Source: Eledone cirrhosa
Taxonomy: Eukaryota
Length of the DNA stretch: 64,000 nt
Direction of reading: 5' to 3'
Assembly: GCA_964016885.1 (NCBI GenBank)
Contig: OZ024741.1
Coordinates: 292,392,001-292,456,000 of the forward strand
Shown here: piece after piece, positions 1 through 13,275 of the stretch
How the letters are laid out: each line of letters opens with the position of its first letter
Numbering within the stretch: position 1 is the stretch's first letter
Translations under genes and position numbers: made by a program
Notes under the pieces: model-generated
What the model was told of the DNA's origin: nothing
Database searches by the model: none
Seen by the model: the letters and a program-made list of their open reading frames with translations, nothing else

Positions 1-1234
1 TAGAAACAATTATTATTATTATTATAATATATATATATATGTGGACATACATTTTATTTATACATATTTGCACACACAAATATACAGTCATGTGAATTTG
101 TATAGCATGGAAATATGTTTATTTGGCAAATTCCTTCAACTGTTGAGGTATGGCTTGACAAGGATGAAGCTATCATCTGTTGTGCTGTAGAATTATTCTA
201 TCACACAGCTAGATTTCATCTTTGACCAACAACAAAAGATCATAATGAATATCTTTACACTTTCAATTTATCAGTCAGAATGAATTTTTTCTTACCCTTA
301 ATCATTTTCTTACCTTATTTCTAATGAAACACACTGCCTACTTTTTAAAATAATTGAAAATTTGAAGGGATTTTGTAATATAACTTTTTCATTATTATGC
401 TGTTTGGAGCATTAACTAACAAAGTTTCTTAGATGAAATTATGATGAAATGTTTTTAGATGCAAATACTTTAGAATAAAGAGCCTAATATGGTAGAATCA
501 GAGCTGATTTCAAGCAGTTTTGGTATCAAGAGTTAATATAGTATTTCTGTCTGGTAATATAGATTGATGTCAGTTTATTTGTGTTGTTGACTATCTAAGA
601 GAATCATTAAAACTTTCTTCTTATGGGGTAGAGGTAATTCTGTATTGTTTTATATAAAGCCTAGGGAAATAGTTCAAATCCAGTTAATGTTTAGTATTTT
701 GTTTTGAAATTATGAAAATGATTTTTTTTTCTCTCATCTACTATTTTCAATGTAAAGCATAGAGTGAAGGTTCAATTATAGTTTAAGTTCAGTATTGTTT
801 CTTTCTTTTTCCCATCATATTTAGTTGCCTATTTCAATATCTTTATATCTCATTAGTATAGCCCATGTACAATTAGTAACTTTAAGCTTAAATAGTTTAA
901 ACTTATGTACAAACCTTAGGTGTTCAGGGAAAATGAAACAGCCATTTCATTCACTCCTGAAATTTGGTTTAGTAAAGATTACACAAGCATCTCTTTGTTG
1001 TAGAATCCTTCTCCCACGTAGATAGGTTTCATCTGTGAATAACAGTCAGGAGAAGGACAATAACATGTTGTATGAATAATATAAAAATAATATTGTATTA
1101 ATGTTAGGAAAAAAGATAGATCTCATTCTGAATTAGGAATTAAAAATATAAAGGTGTTGATGATCATATCTCCCTATAAACAGTTTTGTAGTGTTGGTCA
1201 GTCTTTAGTTCCCAACCTTTCTTTGCCCATTTAT

Positions 1235-1665
1235 TCCTGAGAGGGTCATGGGAGCAGAGTTCTTCCGGTGGGTCCTTTCAGAAGCAACTGTTTCCAACTG
1301 ATCTGATTGAATCCCCAAGCGAGACCAGCTGAGCTCATGGATGTTATCCAACCATCTTGCTCAGGGTCTACCTCTGGGTCTCCTGTCAGTTGGTTTTGCC
1401 TCTAAAATCTGTCCAGCTATTCTTTCCTGAGACATTCTAACCACATGCTTATAGCATTGGAGATGTGATCTCTCAAGTTGGAGAAGTAGCAGTTCAAGCT
1501 GGAGTGAATTTCTTATCTCTGAGCTACTCACTCTATCAAGTTATGTTACTCCAAAGACCCTTTGTAGGAACCCCATTTTGGCTGCTTGTATTTGTGATCG
1601 TATTCATTCAGTCATTACCCAAGATTCATGACCATAGGTAAGGGTTAGCAAGAATACCAAATTAA
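1235..1665 (-). mobile_element. RTE-clade LINE 3' fragment (degenerate)
   Basis: Reverse-complement homolog of 5105-5460, which encodes RTE C-terminal motifs; many stops. Confidence 0.65.
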
Positions 1666-2350
1666 AGTTCCTAACCCTTGAAGAATAAATAGCAAAACTT
1701 ACCTCAGCAGAGTTCAGAGAACCAAACCAAATATTAAGACAAGTCTGTAAACTCTGAGAACATCACCACTACTACTTGAATAATGTATGTGAATTGAAAT
1801 AAAAGTCTTAACATGTCTTCAGTATTATTTTTTGTATTTTGCTATATAGTTCTCTCTGATATTCTTCTCGATATGGTTACCAATGTAATGGGGTGTTGGG
1901 GATATGTCTGTCACCTGTTTTATAATATATCTGCCATTATTATATTGTCAAATGTTCTGTGGAACTTCTATATTAGTTGCATGAAATTTTTTATTCTGTT
2001 CTTACCTTACACATGGTACAAATAAAAACTGACACAAATGACAGCAGCATGGAATGGGGTGGGATAGAGTGGTGCTGAGTGGAGGGGGAGGAGAAATAGC
2101 TGCTTGTTCTGTGTTTTGTTGTAGTTGTAGTTGCTGTCTGTTAATTGTATATGGATCTGCAATTCTTTTCATGTACATATGTATGCATATAGAAATACAT
2201 GCATACATATACACTTTTGCATGTGTATGTATGTGTGTCCAAGTTTATCTAGTCTAAAAAAAAGGGATGTAAAATGGTGATAAATATCATCATCATCATC
2301 GCTGCTGTTTAACGTTCATTTTTCCACACTAGTATGAGTTTGTGTATGTG

Positions 2351-2384
<34 letters not shown>

Positions 2385-2592
2385 GAGAAAGCTGAAACCA
2401 CAGTAGGTTTACAGAAATTCCAGATATGGAAGCAAAACCTGGCATAAAAAGGTCAGTCAGACTAGCTAAGTTGCAAGTTCTAGTAAATAAAATAGAAAAC
2501 AGCACCTTGATTCCTTCAGGAAAATGGCCTTGCTCACTATGCAGGAAAGAATCGATAGAAATTCCATCGTAAGTACAAAATATAAGCTATGA
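2385..2592 (+). mobile_element. RTE-type reverse transcriptase relic
   Basis: Broken translation KFQIWKQNL...LIPSGKWPCSLCRK..RNSI resembles the Cys-rich insertion seen in the RT of some RTE elements. Confidence 0.5.
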
Positions 2593-3407
2593 AGGGAGAG
2601 AGAGAGGGATCAGTATATGTAAGAAGCTCAATAGAATTAAACATAAATACAAATACATACACACCTAGATACATTTATACATGTTTATATAAATACTTAC
2701 ATACATGTGACAATTTAAGAAATAATTATTTTATCACTTTTATAATCACCAATATTATCATTTTATATCTTCTACTCGATGTAAATGCCTCAGAATTTTT
2801 CTTATTTTCTCTTGACTGCACCAAAGTTAAAACTTGAAATGGAAAATCTAAATGGAGAGGAAAGTGTGGTTTCGAGCAAATATATTGAATGGGAGATGAG
2901 TGTTGAGCATGGACCAATTGAATGAGACTACTCTGTGTTTACATTGTAGATTAGGAAGCACTAGTTTCAGTGGTCAAGGTGACCATGGCTTTTCTGGGCT
3001 TTTTGTATATAACATTTTATGGAAAATTTTCTGAGAAAATTCTTTTGATATGATATTTGTTCTGGTTTTATACTTTGTGTTCTCAATCCACCAAATTTGG
3101 TTTTTCATTCTTCTGAGATTGATAGACTATCAATGAAGTAGTGGGGTTGCTATAACTGACTGTTTTTACCCTCAAATGTCTGGTCATGTGCCTATGTTAG
3201 AAATCATCCTTATTATTGTGTGATGAATTAGATTTTAGTCCTTCAGACAAAATACCTTGCGGCATGTATTGTTGGACATTTATGTTCTGAGTTTAAATGC
3301 TGCCAAATGCAACTTGGCCTCTCAACCTTCACAACCTATCAAAATAAAGTACCAGTTAAGTACTGGGGATGATTTAATCTGTCACATGCAATTGTGATTC
3401 TCAATAA

Positions 3408-3597
3408 GGGTGGTGAATTGGCAGTATCGGTAGAGGGTTGGATGCCATGCTTTCTAGCATAGTTACGTTCCATTACGGTCTGAGTTCAAATCCCATCGAG
3501 GTTAACTTTGCCTTTCATCCTTAATGGGTCAATAAAATAAAGTACCAGTAATGTACTGGTTAATTGCTGGCCTTATGCCAAAAGTAGAAACAATTAT
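3408..3597 (+). mobile_element. SINE family A (tRNA-like head; body ctgagttcaaatccc..aactttgcctttcatcc..aataaagtaccag..gtagaaacaatt)
   Basis: Same ~190 bp unit recurs at about 7140-7215(-), 13712-13900(+), 17697-17880(-), 18155-18297(+), 19790-19980(+), 20020-20218(+), 25888-26055(-), 36760-36960(+) and 63950-64000(-); contains B-box-like GAGTTCAAATCC. Confidence 0.8.
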
Positions 3598-4045
3598 GAT
3601 TCTCAATGTTGTCATCATCTACAGTATAAATAACATCATTTTCATTGCCATCATCATTATCATCATAATCATCATTGCTGTCATCATTATTGTCATCATC
3701 TCCACTCTCACTATAACCATCAACATCATTAACATCATAATTCATAAATGTCACCGCCACCTTTATCCCTATACCCTCATCATCATTATCTTAACTACTA
3801 CCTCTACCACCACCACCACCATTACTACCATCTCCATCATAACTATTACCACTACTACAACCACCACCATCACTATCACCCTCATCATCACCATAAATAC
3901 TACCTCTATTACAACCACCAACACCACCTTCGTCATCATCATAACTACTACCTCTACCACACATGTCATCACCATAACTCCTACCACCACAACAACCACC
4001 AACAACACTATCACTACCACCATCACCATCCCATACCACTACCTC
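3598..4045. repeat. (CAT/CAC/ACT)n low-complexity tract
   Basis: Degenerate trinucleotide repeats; explains the overlapping poly-I/T/H ORFs. Confidence 0.9.
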
Positions 4046-4199
4046 CATGCTTTCAGCAATGGAAATATGGTTAATTTCCAAAATATTTTTTACACTGATT
4101 TGTATATAGATATGTTGAGTGTGTTGTGGTGAATAACAGTAAATTACTTATTTGTCTGTCATTGTATTACTTCTACATAGAAATTATAGATATGGTTAC

Positions 4200-4200
4200 A

Positions 4201-4275
<75 letters not shown>

Positions 4276-4340
4276 GTGTGTGTATGTGTATATGTATATA
4301 TATGTGTGTGTTTGTATATATGTATATATGTGTGTGCATG

Positions 4341-4387
<47 letters not shown>

Positions 4388-4430
4388 ATGTATATATACA
4401 TACATACACATGTATATATATATATATCTA
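4200..4430. repeat. (TA)n/(TG)n compound microsatellite
   Basis: Directly visible; representative of many such tracts in the window. Confidence 0.95.
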
Positions 4431-5104
4431 CATGTTACATACTCACACACATTGATCCATATAACATATATTATTTACTTCTGAGCTGTATAATTTTCTT
4501 AGTTTCTGTTATTTTCTCTGTACAGATACCACAACATACAATAAAACTAACTGCCACTTATTATCATCTTAGTTTCCTCTATATTGTAATAACCTAAATT
4601 ATTCCATCACATTTAAAACTAGGCATATGAGCCAACAAATGGAGTCTCTAAGTGATCACTTCCTTTGCTAGAAAAAAGTGAACTCTCTCTCGAATCATTC
4701 CCTCACATTCTAAAAATCAGTAAGCGCATACTTGATTATATAATCCAGTGTCCGCGTAGGGTAATGTGTGAGCGACTTCATGGTCATTCAGTTTGCAAGG
4801 AATAGAAACCAATTTGCGTTTAAATCACACTCTACTTTGTTGAAAAAAAAAGGATGCATTTGATATGTTATAACAAGTGGGCTTCTACATAGTCTATTGA
4901 TCTGTAAGAAATAGCAGTTAATTCCGACCACTCTAATTGTAAAAATTGTAAGGAACGAAGCTGATTTCCAGATCAGGCTAAAGAAGGCAGGAGGCTGAAT
5001 TAATAGCAAGAATTGTAGGAGCTAGTGCAATAAAACACCAGCATTCAGTAATCAGAATGGGGGGGGGGGGGGTAGGTGTAAAAGTTTAACTTGCTATCTT
5101 CAAT

Positions 5105-5460
5105 TCAGTATTTTTGCCAAGCCTTACCTATGATCATAAATCTTGGGTAATGCCTGAATGATTGCAAATACAAGCAGCCAAAATGGGGTTTCTACAAGGG
5201 GTCTTTAGAGTAAAGTTACTCAATAGAGTGTAGCTCGGAGTTTACAGCTCCGATACTGTGGACATATGGTTAAAATGTCTCGGATTTTACGTACAAAACC
5301 AACTGGCAGGAGACCCCGGGGTAGACCCTGAGCAAGATGGTTGGATAACATCCATGAGCTTGGCTGGTCTCACTTGAGGATCCAGCTGGATCAGTTGGAA
5401 ACAGTTGCTACTGGAAGGAGTATTTGAGGACTCTTCCCCCACAACCCTCTTAGGAAGGCC
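5105..5460 (+). mobile_element. RTE-clade LINE 3' fragment (degenerate)
   Basis: Translates in pieces to QIQAAKMGFL...QLRYCGHMVKM...KPTGRRPRGRP..RWLDN; another copy at ~23605-23830(-). Confidence 0.7.
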
Positions 5461-5994
5461 AAAGAAACTGTTTCCTTTGATCTATCCATTGCTGATACTC
5501 TCTGTTGGTTGCAGCTTCTGGTAGGATCATTGTTGCTTTTATGGTGACAGGTGGATGGATTTGAAATCAGAATCCACAGATCTAGAACAGATTATGTTAG
5601 AATAAGGTAATAGATAAAACAAATAATTGTTTTAAAGAATTTATTCATATAAAAAAAAAACAAAAAAAACGTAAATTATTTTTTATTAAATTCAATAAAT
5701 AGATGAAAATTTTCTAACAGAACATACTTTGGGAAACACTGTTTTAAAGTATAAAATAAGGTGAAATGTTGGTGGAACTATACAATTCTGCTATTCAGTC
5801 TCTTCATATGGCTCTCTCTCTCTTTCTTTCTTTAACTTGCAGATTGTAAAGTTAAGAAACTTCTCTTACTACACTGAATTCAGTTGAATAGCAGTTAATT
5901 TGGAAGGACCTGCTCTCACCTAACATGTCTAAAGTCAATTTGATCTCAATTAAATCATTTAAAACTTCTAATTATCTATGATTTTTTTAAAAAC

Positions 5995-6039
5995 CTCTAC
6001 TACTACAACCACCACCACTGTTACTACTACTACTACTAC

Positions 6040-6106
<67 letters not shown>

Positions 6107-6150
6107 GTGATCATGACAGTGATGATGATGATGATGATGATGATAATAAT
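5995..6150. repeat. (ACT)n-(AAT)n-(GAT)n compound microsatellite
   Basis: Directly visible. Confidence 0.95.
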
Positions 6151-7072
6151 AATATTGGGGACGATTTTTTACATCTATTTACATATGCTTTCTTTTACAC
6201 TTCTTAAAGTATTACATATTTGTTTTTATCTGAACAATGGTGACAACAACAATCAGAATAATAATAATAATAATGATGATGATGATGATGATTTCTTCTT
6301 GGTTTCTTAAAATCCTTTTAAGAGATTTTGTTCAACATGATCTGAACAATAACAACAATAAAGATAGTAATTCTAACATAACAACAACATTAATAATGAT
6401 GATATGTTGAGAAAATATATTGAAAGGTTTTCTCTTGTCTCAACTTTTGTGTCTGAGAACAATGAGTTCGTTAAGTTACACTTTGAAGTTTTATGAATCT
6501 AAGTACAAGCGTCAAGCCACACGAAATGGTCTTAGTTGTTGTGATGGCTGTGGTTATTGTGGTTGTTGTGGTCTGCAATGGAAAGAGTGTTAATTGTTGT
6601 GGTAGTTATGGTCTGTAATGGAAATGGATGCCATACACGAAAATATTTTGAAGATTTCCAGAATTCAAAATTCAAAATGAGACATTGAAAAAAAAAAAAA
6701 TGTAAATCTAGATTTATTTATTTATTTCACTTTTTGTTTTTATTTTGGAAGGGATTCTGGCTCTGTTATTTAGTCCATATTATCACGTCTACATGTGTCT
6801 TGTATTTTAGAGAGATGTAGATGGAGGATATGTATGTGTGAGGGGGGGGGGGGGGAAATGACAGTGAGAGAGAGAGCAAGGGAGCTAGATATATTATGTA
6901 TGTATCATGTTTGTGTATGTATGTGTATATGTATGTATATATATTCATGTATATATATTCATGTATATATATATATATTTGCATGTATATATTCATGTAT
7001 ATATATATATTGAACATAGCTTTGATTCTTGTGAATTCTCTATATATATATATATGTATGTATTTATTCATG

Positions 7073-7105
<33 letters not shown>

Positions 7106-7321
7106 GTATGTATATATTCATGTATATATATATATATCCGTGGAGATGAAAGGCAAGGTTGACCTCGGTGGGATTTGAGCTCAGAACGTGGAGAGCCATA
7201 ACTCTATGCTGTAAAGCAATTATAATAATACTGAATTGTAACACAAACGGCTTCAACTATACAAACTCTTGAAAGTCAGCAGTTGACATAATCTTGTAAT
7301 CTTGTATCAGTAATGACGGTA

Positions 7322-7355
<34 letters not shown>

Positions 7356-7487
7356 AAGTGAGTAGCATGTGTGTGTTTGTTTGTATGTATGAGTGTTGGT
7401 GTGTGCACGCGTATGTATGTGTGTGTGTGCGCGTGTGTGTATGTCGTACGTATAAGTGTCAATAAGTGAGTTTTTTGGGGGGGTGGG

Positions 7488-10400
7488 GGGCATCCAGCCC
7501 CATTTTAGAAATAATGGGGCTGGATGCCCGATCGCGCAGTTAAACCACTGGGAGTGAAGAACCCCTAGCCCTTTTCAGGGCATTTTTCTTCTAGAAGGCA
7601 TCTTAGGAAACTGGGTTAACTCCGACATAAAACCTGCAGCTCAGTAGTTACCGATGATGTTGATCTTTTCTTCTTTTCGGGTTATAGCTACTGTCGCTCA
7701 GAGAGTGGGATTGGCTCAGTGCACAGTTTTCCTCACTTTAAAAATATTCGTCACGCACAGGCATTGCACGATTGCATTAATTAATAATTATTAACAGTGT
7801 ATTATTATTATTATTATTCTTACTATTATTATTACATTTTTTTTCTTTTTTCCCAATTCAATGATGTTCCAGAAGAATATAAAAGAGATAATTGGCAATT
7901 TAGGTTCTGGAACAAAAAAGATAATTGGCAATAAGGGCAGGGGCACCAGGTTATCACAGCCTGGGCCCGCTCGTCATCGTGCCACTGTAATAGAGCCAAA
8001 CAAGGCATTTAGTCTTGGCTGCTGGAACGTACGGACGCTGCTTGACAGGGATTTCTTGGAGTGTCCTGAACGAAGGACCGCTCTTGTTGCAAAGGAGCTT
8101 CGACGTTACGATCTTCACATTGTGGCTTTATCTGAGACGAGGTTAGCTGGAGATGGTCATCTTACAGAATTGTGTGGAGAATATACATTCTTCTGGAAAG
8201 GAAGAGATGAAGGAACCAGAAGAGAAGCTGGGGTAGCATTTGCTGTTAAGACTGTTCTTGTGAATAAATTAGAAGAATTCCCAGTAGGGATTAGTGAGCG
8301 TCTTATGTCCATGAGAATTCCGCTGGACAAAGGAAGATATGCGACCCTGGTGAGTGTGTATGCTCCAACTATGAATTCTGTCGATGAAGAAAAGTGTCCT
8401 TTTACCATGCCTTGAAAGGTGTTTTAAGAAATATCCCTCAGGCAGACAAAGTCATCGTGCTTGGTGACTTTAATGCTAGCGTGGGTAGGGATTTTGACAC
8501 ATGGAATGTAATCGGAAGGCATGGGGTGGGAAAGTGTAACAACAATGGTATGCTCCTGCTGCAGATGTGTGAGGAGCTGGATCTGTGTGATACCAACACC
8601 ATGTTCCAACAAAAGAACAAATTCAAGACCACATGGATGCATCCTGCATCCATGGAATGACATCTTTTGGACTACGTCCTAGTCAGGATGCGAGACAGAC
8701 AGGATGTGCAGTGTGTTCGTGCTCTTCGTGGAGCTGAGTTCTGGACGGAACACCGCCTGGTACGCGCAAAAGTGAAACTCATCACTAAATGTAAAATTCA
8801 GGCTCCTGGTGTTGCCCTGCCCAAAAGATTGAATGCTGCTCGTCTTAAGGATAAAAATGTGAAGAGTACATTGGAAGAAGAGATGCAGGTTGCAGATCTT
8901 GGTGAGGATTGGCCAACCATTAAAAAGTCGGTTTATGATGTAGGCAGGCGTGTTCTTGGATTGGTGCAGAGAAAACATCAGGACTGGTTTAATGAGAATG
9001 ATGTACATATAGAAGACTTGTTGGCTGATAAGATGCGTGCTCTGTCACGCTACTTGACGGCAAAACCACTGGAGAGGAATACGTTGCATGAGGAACTCAA
9101 GGATGTAAAATCACGTGTTAGGCGGAGTCTTTCTCAGATGAAGGATCAGTGGTGGAGTGAGAAGGCTGGTGAGATACAAACTGCGTCAGATTCCAATAAC
9201 ACAAAGCTGTTGTACAGTCTCTTGCGTTAGGTTTATGAACCATCTTCTTCTCTAGTGACACAGCTTCGCAGCAAGGATGGCAAATAACTTCTTCGTGACT
9301 CACAAGGAATTCTACGAAGGTGGCGAGAGCACTTTGATGATCTTTTGAATCAGCCGTCTGTCGTCAATGAAGATTTCCTCAATCTCATTCCAGAAAGTCC
9401 TGTGAAAGTAGCTCTCGCAGAACCCCCGACGCTTGTGGAGGTTGCAGTGGCTATCTCGAAGCTGAACAGTGGAAGGTCTCCAGGTATGGATGGCATACAT
9501 GCTGAGCTCCTACAATAGGGTGGTGAGAGACTCCTGCAACATCTTCACTCTTTGTTTGGCAGGATATGGGCTAATGAATCAGTACCTGAGGACTGGAGAG
9601 ATGCAGTAATGGTGGTCTTGTACAAGGGAAAGGGTAACAGGAATGATTGTGGGAACTACAGAGGTATATCATTGCTTTCTGTCGTAGGGAAAGTTTTATG
9701 TAGGGTGCTTCTGGACCGTCTGCTGACACACATTGCAGATTGTGTTCTTCCTGAAAGTCAATCTGGTTTTCGTGCTGGACGCGGCACTACTGATATGATC
9801 TTCTCAGCTAGACAGCTCCAGCAGAAGTGCATGGAACAAGGCTTGGATCTGTATCAGGTTTTTGTCGATCTGACAAAAGCTTTCGATACTGTTAACAGAA
9901 ATGCATTATGGAAGGTTCTCCAGAAACTTGGTTGCCCTGATAAGTTCCTTGCTTTAGTTAGGTCTTTCCATGACGACATGAAGGCTTGGGTTAATGTCGG
10001 AGGTAACATGTCGGAGCCTATCTCAGTAAAAAATGGAGTGAAACAGGGGGATATTCCAGCACCAACCCTGTTTGCCATATACTTTGCAATGGTTTTCTGT
10101 ATTGCATTCAGGAATTGCGAGCATGGTGTTTACATCCGATATCGAACCTCAGGCAGCATATTTAACATCAGGCGCTTCGCTGCAAAGACAAAAGTATTTA
10201 CATCAATCATAAGAGACCTCTTGTATGCAGATGATTGCAATCTTGTAGCGCACACAGAGAGCGATATGCAGCACATTTTGAATGCATTTTCTGACGCTTG
10301 CACTGCCCTAGGATTGACTGTCAGTCTCAAGAAAACCGTCGCCATGTACCAACCTGCCCCTGGTAAGCAGTACAGTGAACCAAATATCTATGTGTATGGT

Positions 10401-11663
10401 AAACAACTTGGAGTGGTTGATCAGTTTGTCTACCTGGGAAGCACTGTCAATCGTTACAGCAACCTTGATAGTGAAATCTCACTTAGGATTAGGAAAGCAA
10501 GTGATGCTTTCGGAAAGCTAGAAAGGCGACTCTGGGGTCGGCGAGACATATGCAAGAAGACAAAGGTAAAGGTGTACAAGGCATGTGTGCTCTCTTGTCT
10601 TCTTTATGCCTGCGAGACCTGGGTCACATATCGACACCACCTTATGCAATTGGAGCGTTTCCATCAGATGTGTCTCAGACGGATCCATGGCGTTCACTGG
10701 AGGGACCACACCAGTGATGTCGAGATTTTGGAAAGCTCTATGTGTGACAGTATAGAAGCTTTTGTGACTAAGCAACGACTCCGTTGGAGTGGTCACCTTG
10801 CCAGGATGAAGGATTCTAGAATACCAAAACAACTCTTTTATGTAGAGTTGGTTAAAGGAAAACGACTGCCACATAAACCAAAAAAGAGGTATAAGGATTC
10901 CTTGAAAGCCTCTTTGAAAGACACTAACATCTCTGCTGATACATGGGAAAATATTGCTGCTGATCGTAATAAATGGAGAAAGACTGTATATGAGGGAAAA
11001 GTTGCCTTTGAGGCATCTTGAATCGCATACGAGAAAGTAAAGCGGGATGTGAGGAAGGGCATTGCTGTTGCACTTCCAGACGGCGAGGGTCCTCCTATGG
11101 TGCTGACATGCAGCGTCTGTGCGAGACTCTGCCTAAACTGGACTCGAAAGTCATCTTCCCAGTCATAAAGTAAGACCAGTGGTTGACTACCAGGCTGCTG
11201 TTGGAGATGCTACTCATCATGCTTGCCAAGCATGTGGTAGAGAATGTAAATCAGGAAGAGGGCTCAAGCGACATGCAAAAGTACACAAACTCCAACCACA
11301 GCCGGCTATTCGCAGTGAATGTTTTGGTTGCCGACTCTGTGCAAGACATTTTAGATCATTGGCTGGGCTAAAAAGCCACTTTCGATCGCAGCGTTGTTAG
11401 TTGCTATCGTGTGTGTGTGTGTGTATAGATATGTTTATGTGGGTGCGTGTGTGTGTGTATATATATATATATGTATATTATTATTGTTGTTGTTGTCGTT
11501 ATTATTATTGTTGTTATTATTATTATTATTGTTATTAATATATATGTATGTGTATGTATATGTGTGTGTATATGTATATATATATATGTATGTATATATG
11601 TGTATATATATATTTTTTTTTCTCGTGCAATGGCCGTACTCGATAACGAGGGGGCACCCATCA
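7488..11663 (+). mobile_element. Near-full-length RTE-clade LINE
   Basis: Non-repetitive 5' UTR-like segment from ~7490; APE + RT + zinc-finger coding region; RTE-like 3' tail gcaatggccgtactcgataacgagggggcacccatc at ~11627-11663. Confidence 0.85.
7861..11400 (+). pseudogene. RTE ORF: apurinic endonuclease, reverse transcriptase and C-terminal zinc fingers, disrupted
   Basis: APE motifs CWNVRTL, ALSETR, SVYAPT, LGDFNA, DYVLV. RT motifs NYRGISLLS, QSGFR, FVDLTKAFD, GVKQG, LLYADD, YLGS, LRWSGH. Frameshift near 8400; in-frame stops near 9230, 9285, 9516 and 11021; frameshift near 11135. Confidence 0.93.
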
Positions 11664-11978
11664 TATATATATATGTATATATTCATGTATATATATATAT
11701 GTATATATTCATGTATATATATATATATGTATATGTATATATTCATGTATATATATATATGTATATATTCATGTATATATATGTATATATTCATGTATAT
11801 GTATATATAGGAGGTGAGTTTTATTGTAGTACAATAAAGCAATGCAGATAAGCAATGCGGATAAGAAGCACTCTACAGTTTGTAGGACTGGAGTATACAT
11901 AATATATAAGAACAAAGATATGTTGATTTAAAACTGCACTATCCACAAGTGTTTTTTAACCTTCATATCATGTCTTCC

Positions 11979-12049
11979 TATTTTATCTGATGAAAACACA
12001 AATATTATTGCATGATGATATTTGTTTTTGAAATGCGCATAATAAAATA
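11979..12049 (+). ncRNA. Minimal type I hammerhead ribozyme in a short PLE-derived element (element ~11925-12085)
   Basis: Stem I tattttat (11979-86)/ataaaata (12042-49); core CTGATGA 11987-93; long stem II; GAAA 12030-33; palindromic stem III aTGCGCAt; predicted cleavage AUA^ after 12041. Confidence 0.8.
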
Positions 12050-12212
12050 CATGGAACTCTTTTAACCATCTTTTGTTCTTATATATTATATATATATATA
12101 TTCATGTATATATATATGTATGCATGTATTCATGTATATATATATATTTATGCATATGTGTATGTATGTATATATTCATGTATATATATATATATGTATG
12201 TATGCATACATG

Positions 12213-12308
<96 letters not shown>

Positions 12309-12849
12309 AATATAGAGAGTTGATGTAAAATGACACTCACACATGCACACAACCTCGCAAACATATATATATACTTACACACACATACAAGGAGAAGAGC
12401 AAAGAGAGATATGTGTGTGGAAATAAACAGGATGCCAGAGATGATAAGTAGCTGTCTTTGTTCATGTAAGACATTTTATCATAACATAATGGTAACTGAC
12501 ATTGTCAAATGAAAATAGCTGTGGCAGTGTGGATGAAGTTTTAGACTGCCATTCTATAGGGTATTAGTTCAGATCTACTAGGAAGGGAAGCACAGATCGC
12601 TGGCATTTCTGTGTAGCAGAATATTTTATTTTATAATCAATCAGTTCTGTTATCTCTCGGTAGGAATATATACCACCTGATCAATGTGAGCGTATTGACC
12701 TGTGATAGGCCTTCATTTTGTGCTAGGGTGGGCTCAAAGGAAGGTGAGTGATTGTTAAAATTTGTAGAGCATCAAACAAAATGGCTACTAAACGTGTAAT
12801 TTGAGGGAATTTGGCTTCTGTTTCTGGCAGGTTGAACAACCATGTAGTT

Positions 12850-13013
12850 CAGTGGTTCCAAACTCTTTCACTACAAAGGACCTCATGTATATAAATGAAT
12901 TTTCCCATGGATACCAGGTTTTTGGAGGGTCTGTCAAGTCAACATACAGACTCCAAACACTACTTTTGTGGAAGATCTGTTGAGGTCTATGGATAACAGA
13001 TTTGGAACTCTTG
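12850..13013. mobile_element. hAT-type MITE
   Basis: Imperfect TIRs cagtggttccaaa / tttggaactcttg; 8-bp TSD atgtagtt / atatagtt. Confidence 0.6.
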
Positions 13014-13069
13014 ATATAGTTGTATTCATGTCAGGTAGCGATTGAAATGGGGCATTGTAACATCATTAC

Positions 13070-13275
13070 CACCACGACCATTTAACATCAATTTTCCACA
13101 CAAGCATGGGTTAGATGAGTTGCCGTGTTGAGAGACAAGTCAGATCAGATGACCAGGTTTTGCTCATACAAAACTGTTTCTGGCTTTGTTTCTACAGCTG
13201 GATGCCCTACCTAATGTCAACTACATTTACAGTATAGACTGGGTGCCAACCACTTTACAGTGTGGGCTGGGCAAG
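13070..13275 (-). mobile_element. SINE family B (RTE-like tail ending ...gcatggaaaatggacgttaaatgatgatgat)
   Basis: Motif tttctacagctggatgccct..ctaac.ccaaccactttacag recurs many times, e.g. 14850-15140, 22540-22975, 36385-36552, 37000-37310, 38430-39090, 43955-44290 and 53935-54050. Confidence 0.75.

Noticed and set aside
3551-4597. Long ORFs rich in I/T/H/Y/V, here and at 11394-12380, 26102-26868, 55213-55829, 60303-60847 and 63218-63597
   Set aside because: Translations of microsatellite or low-complexity DNA, open in several frames; not genes.
7516-7580. Possible HDV-like ribozyme at the RTE 5' end (ggggctgg could pair with ctagccct)
   Set aside because: No P3/L3, P1.1 GG or P2 elements in the required order.
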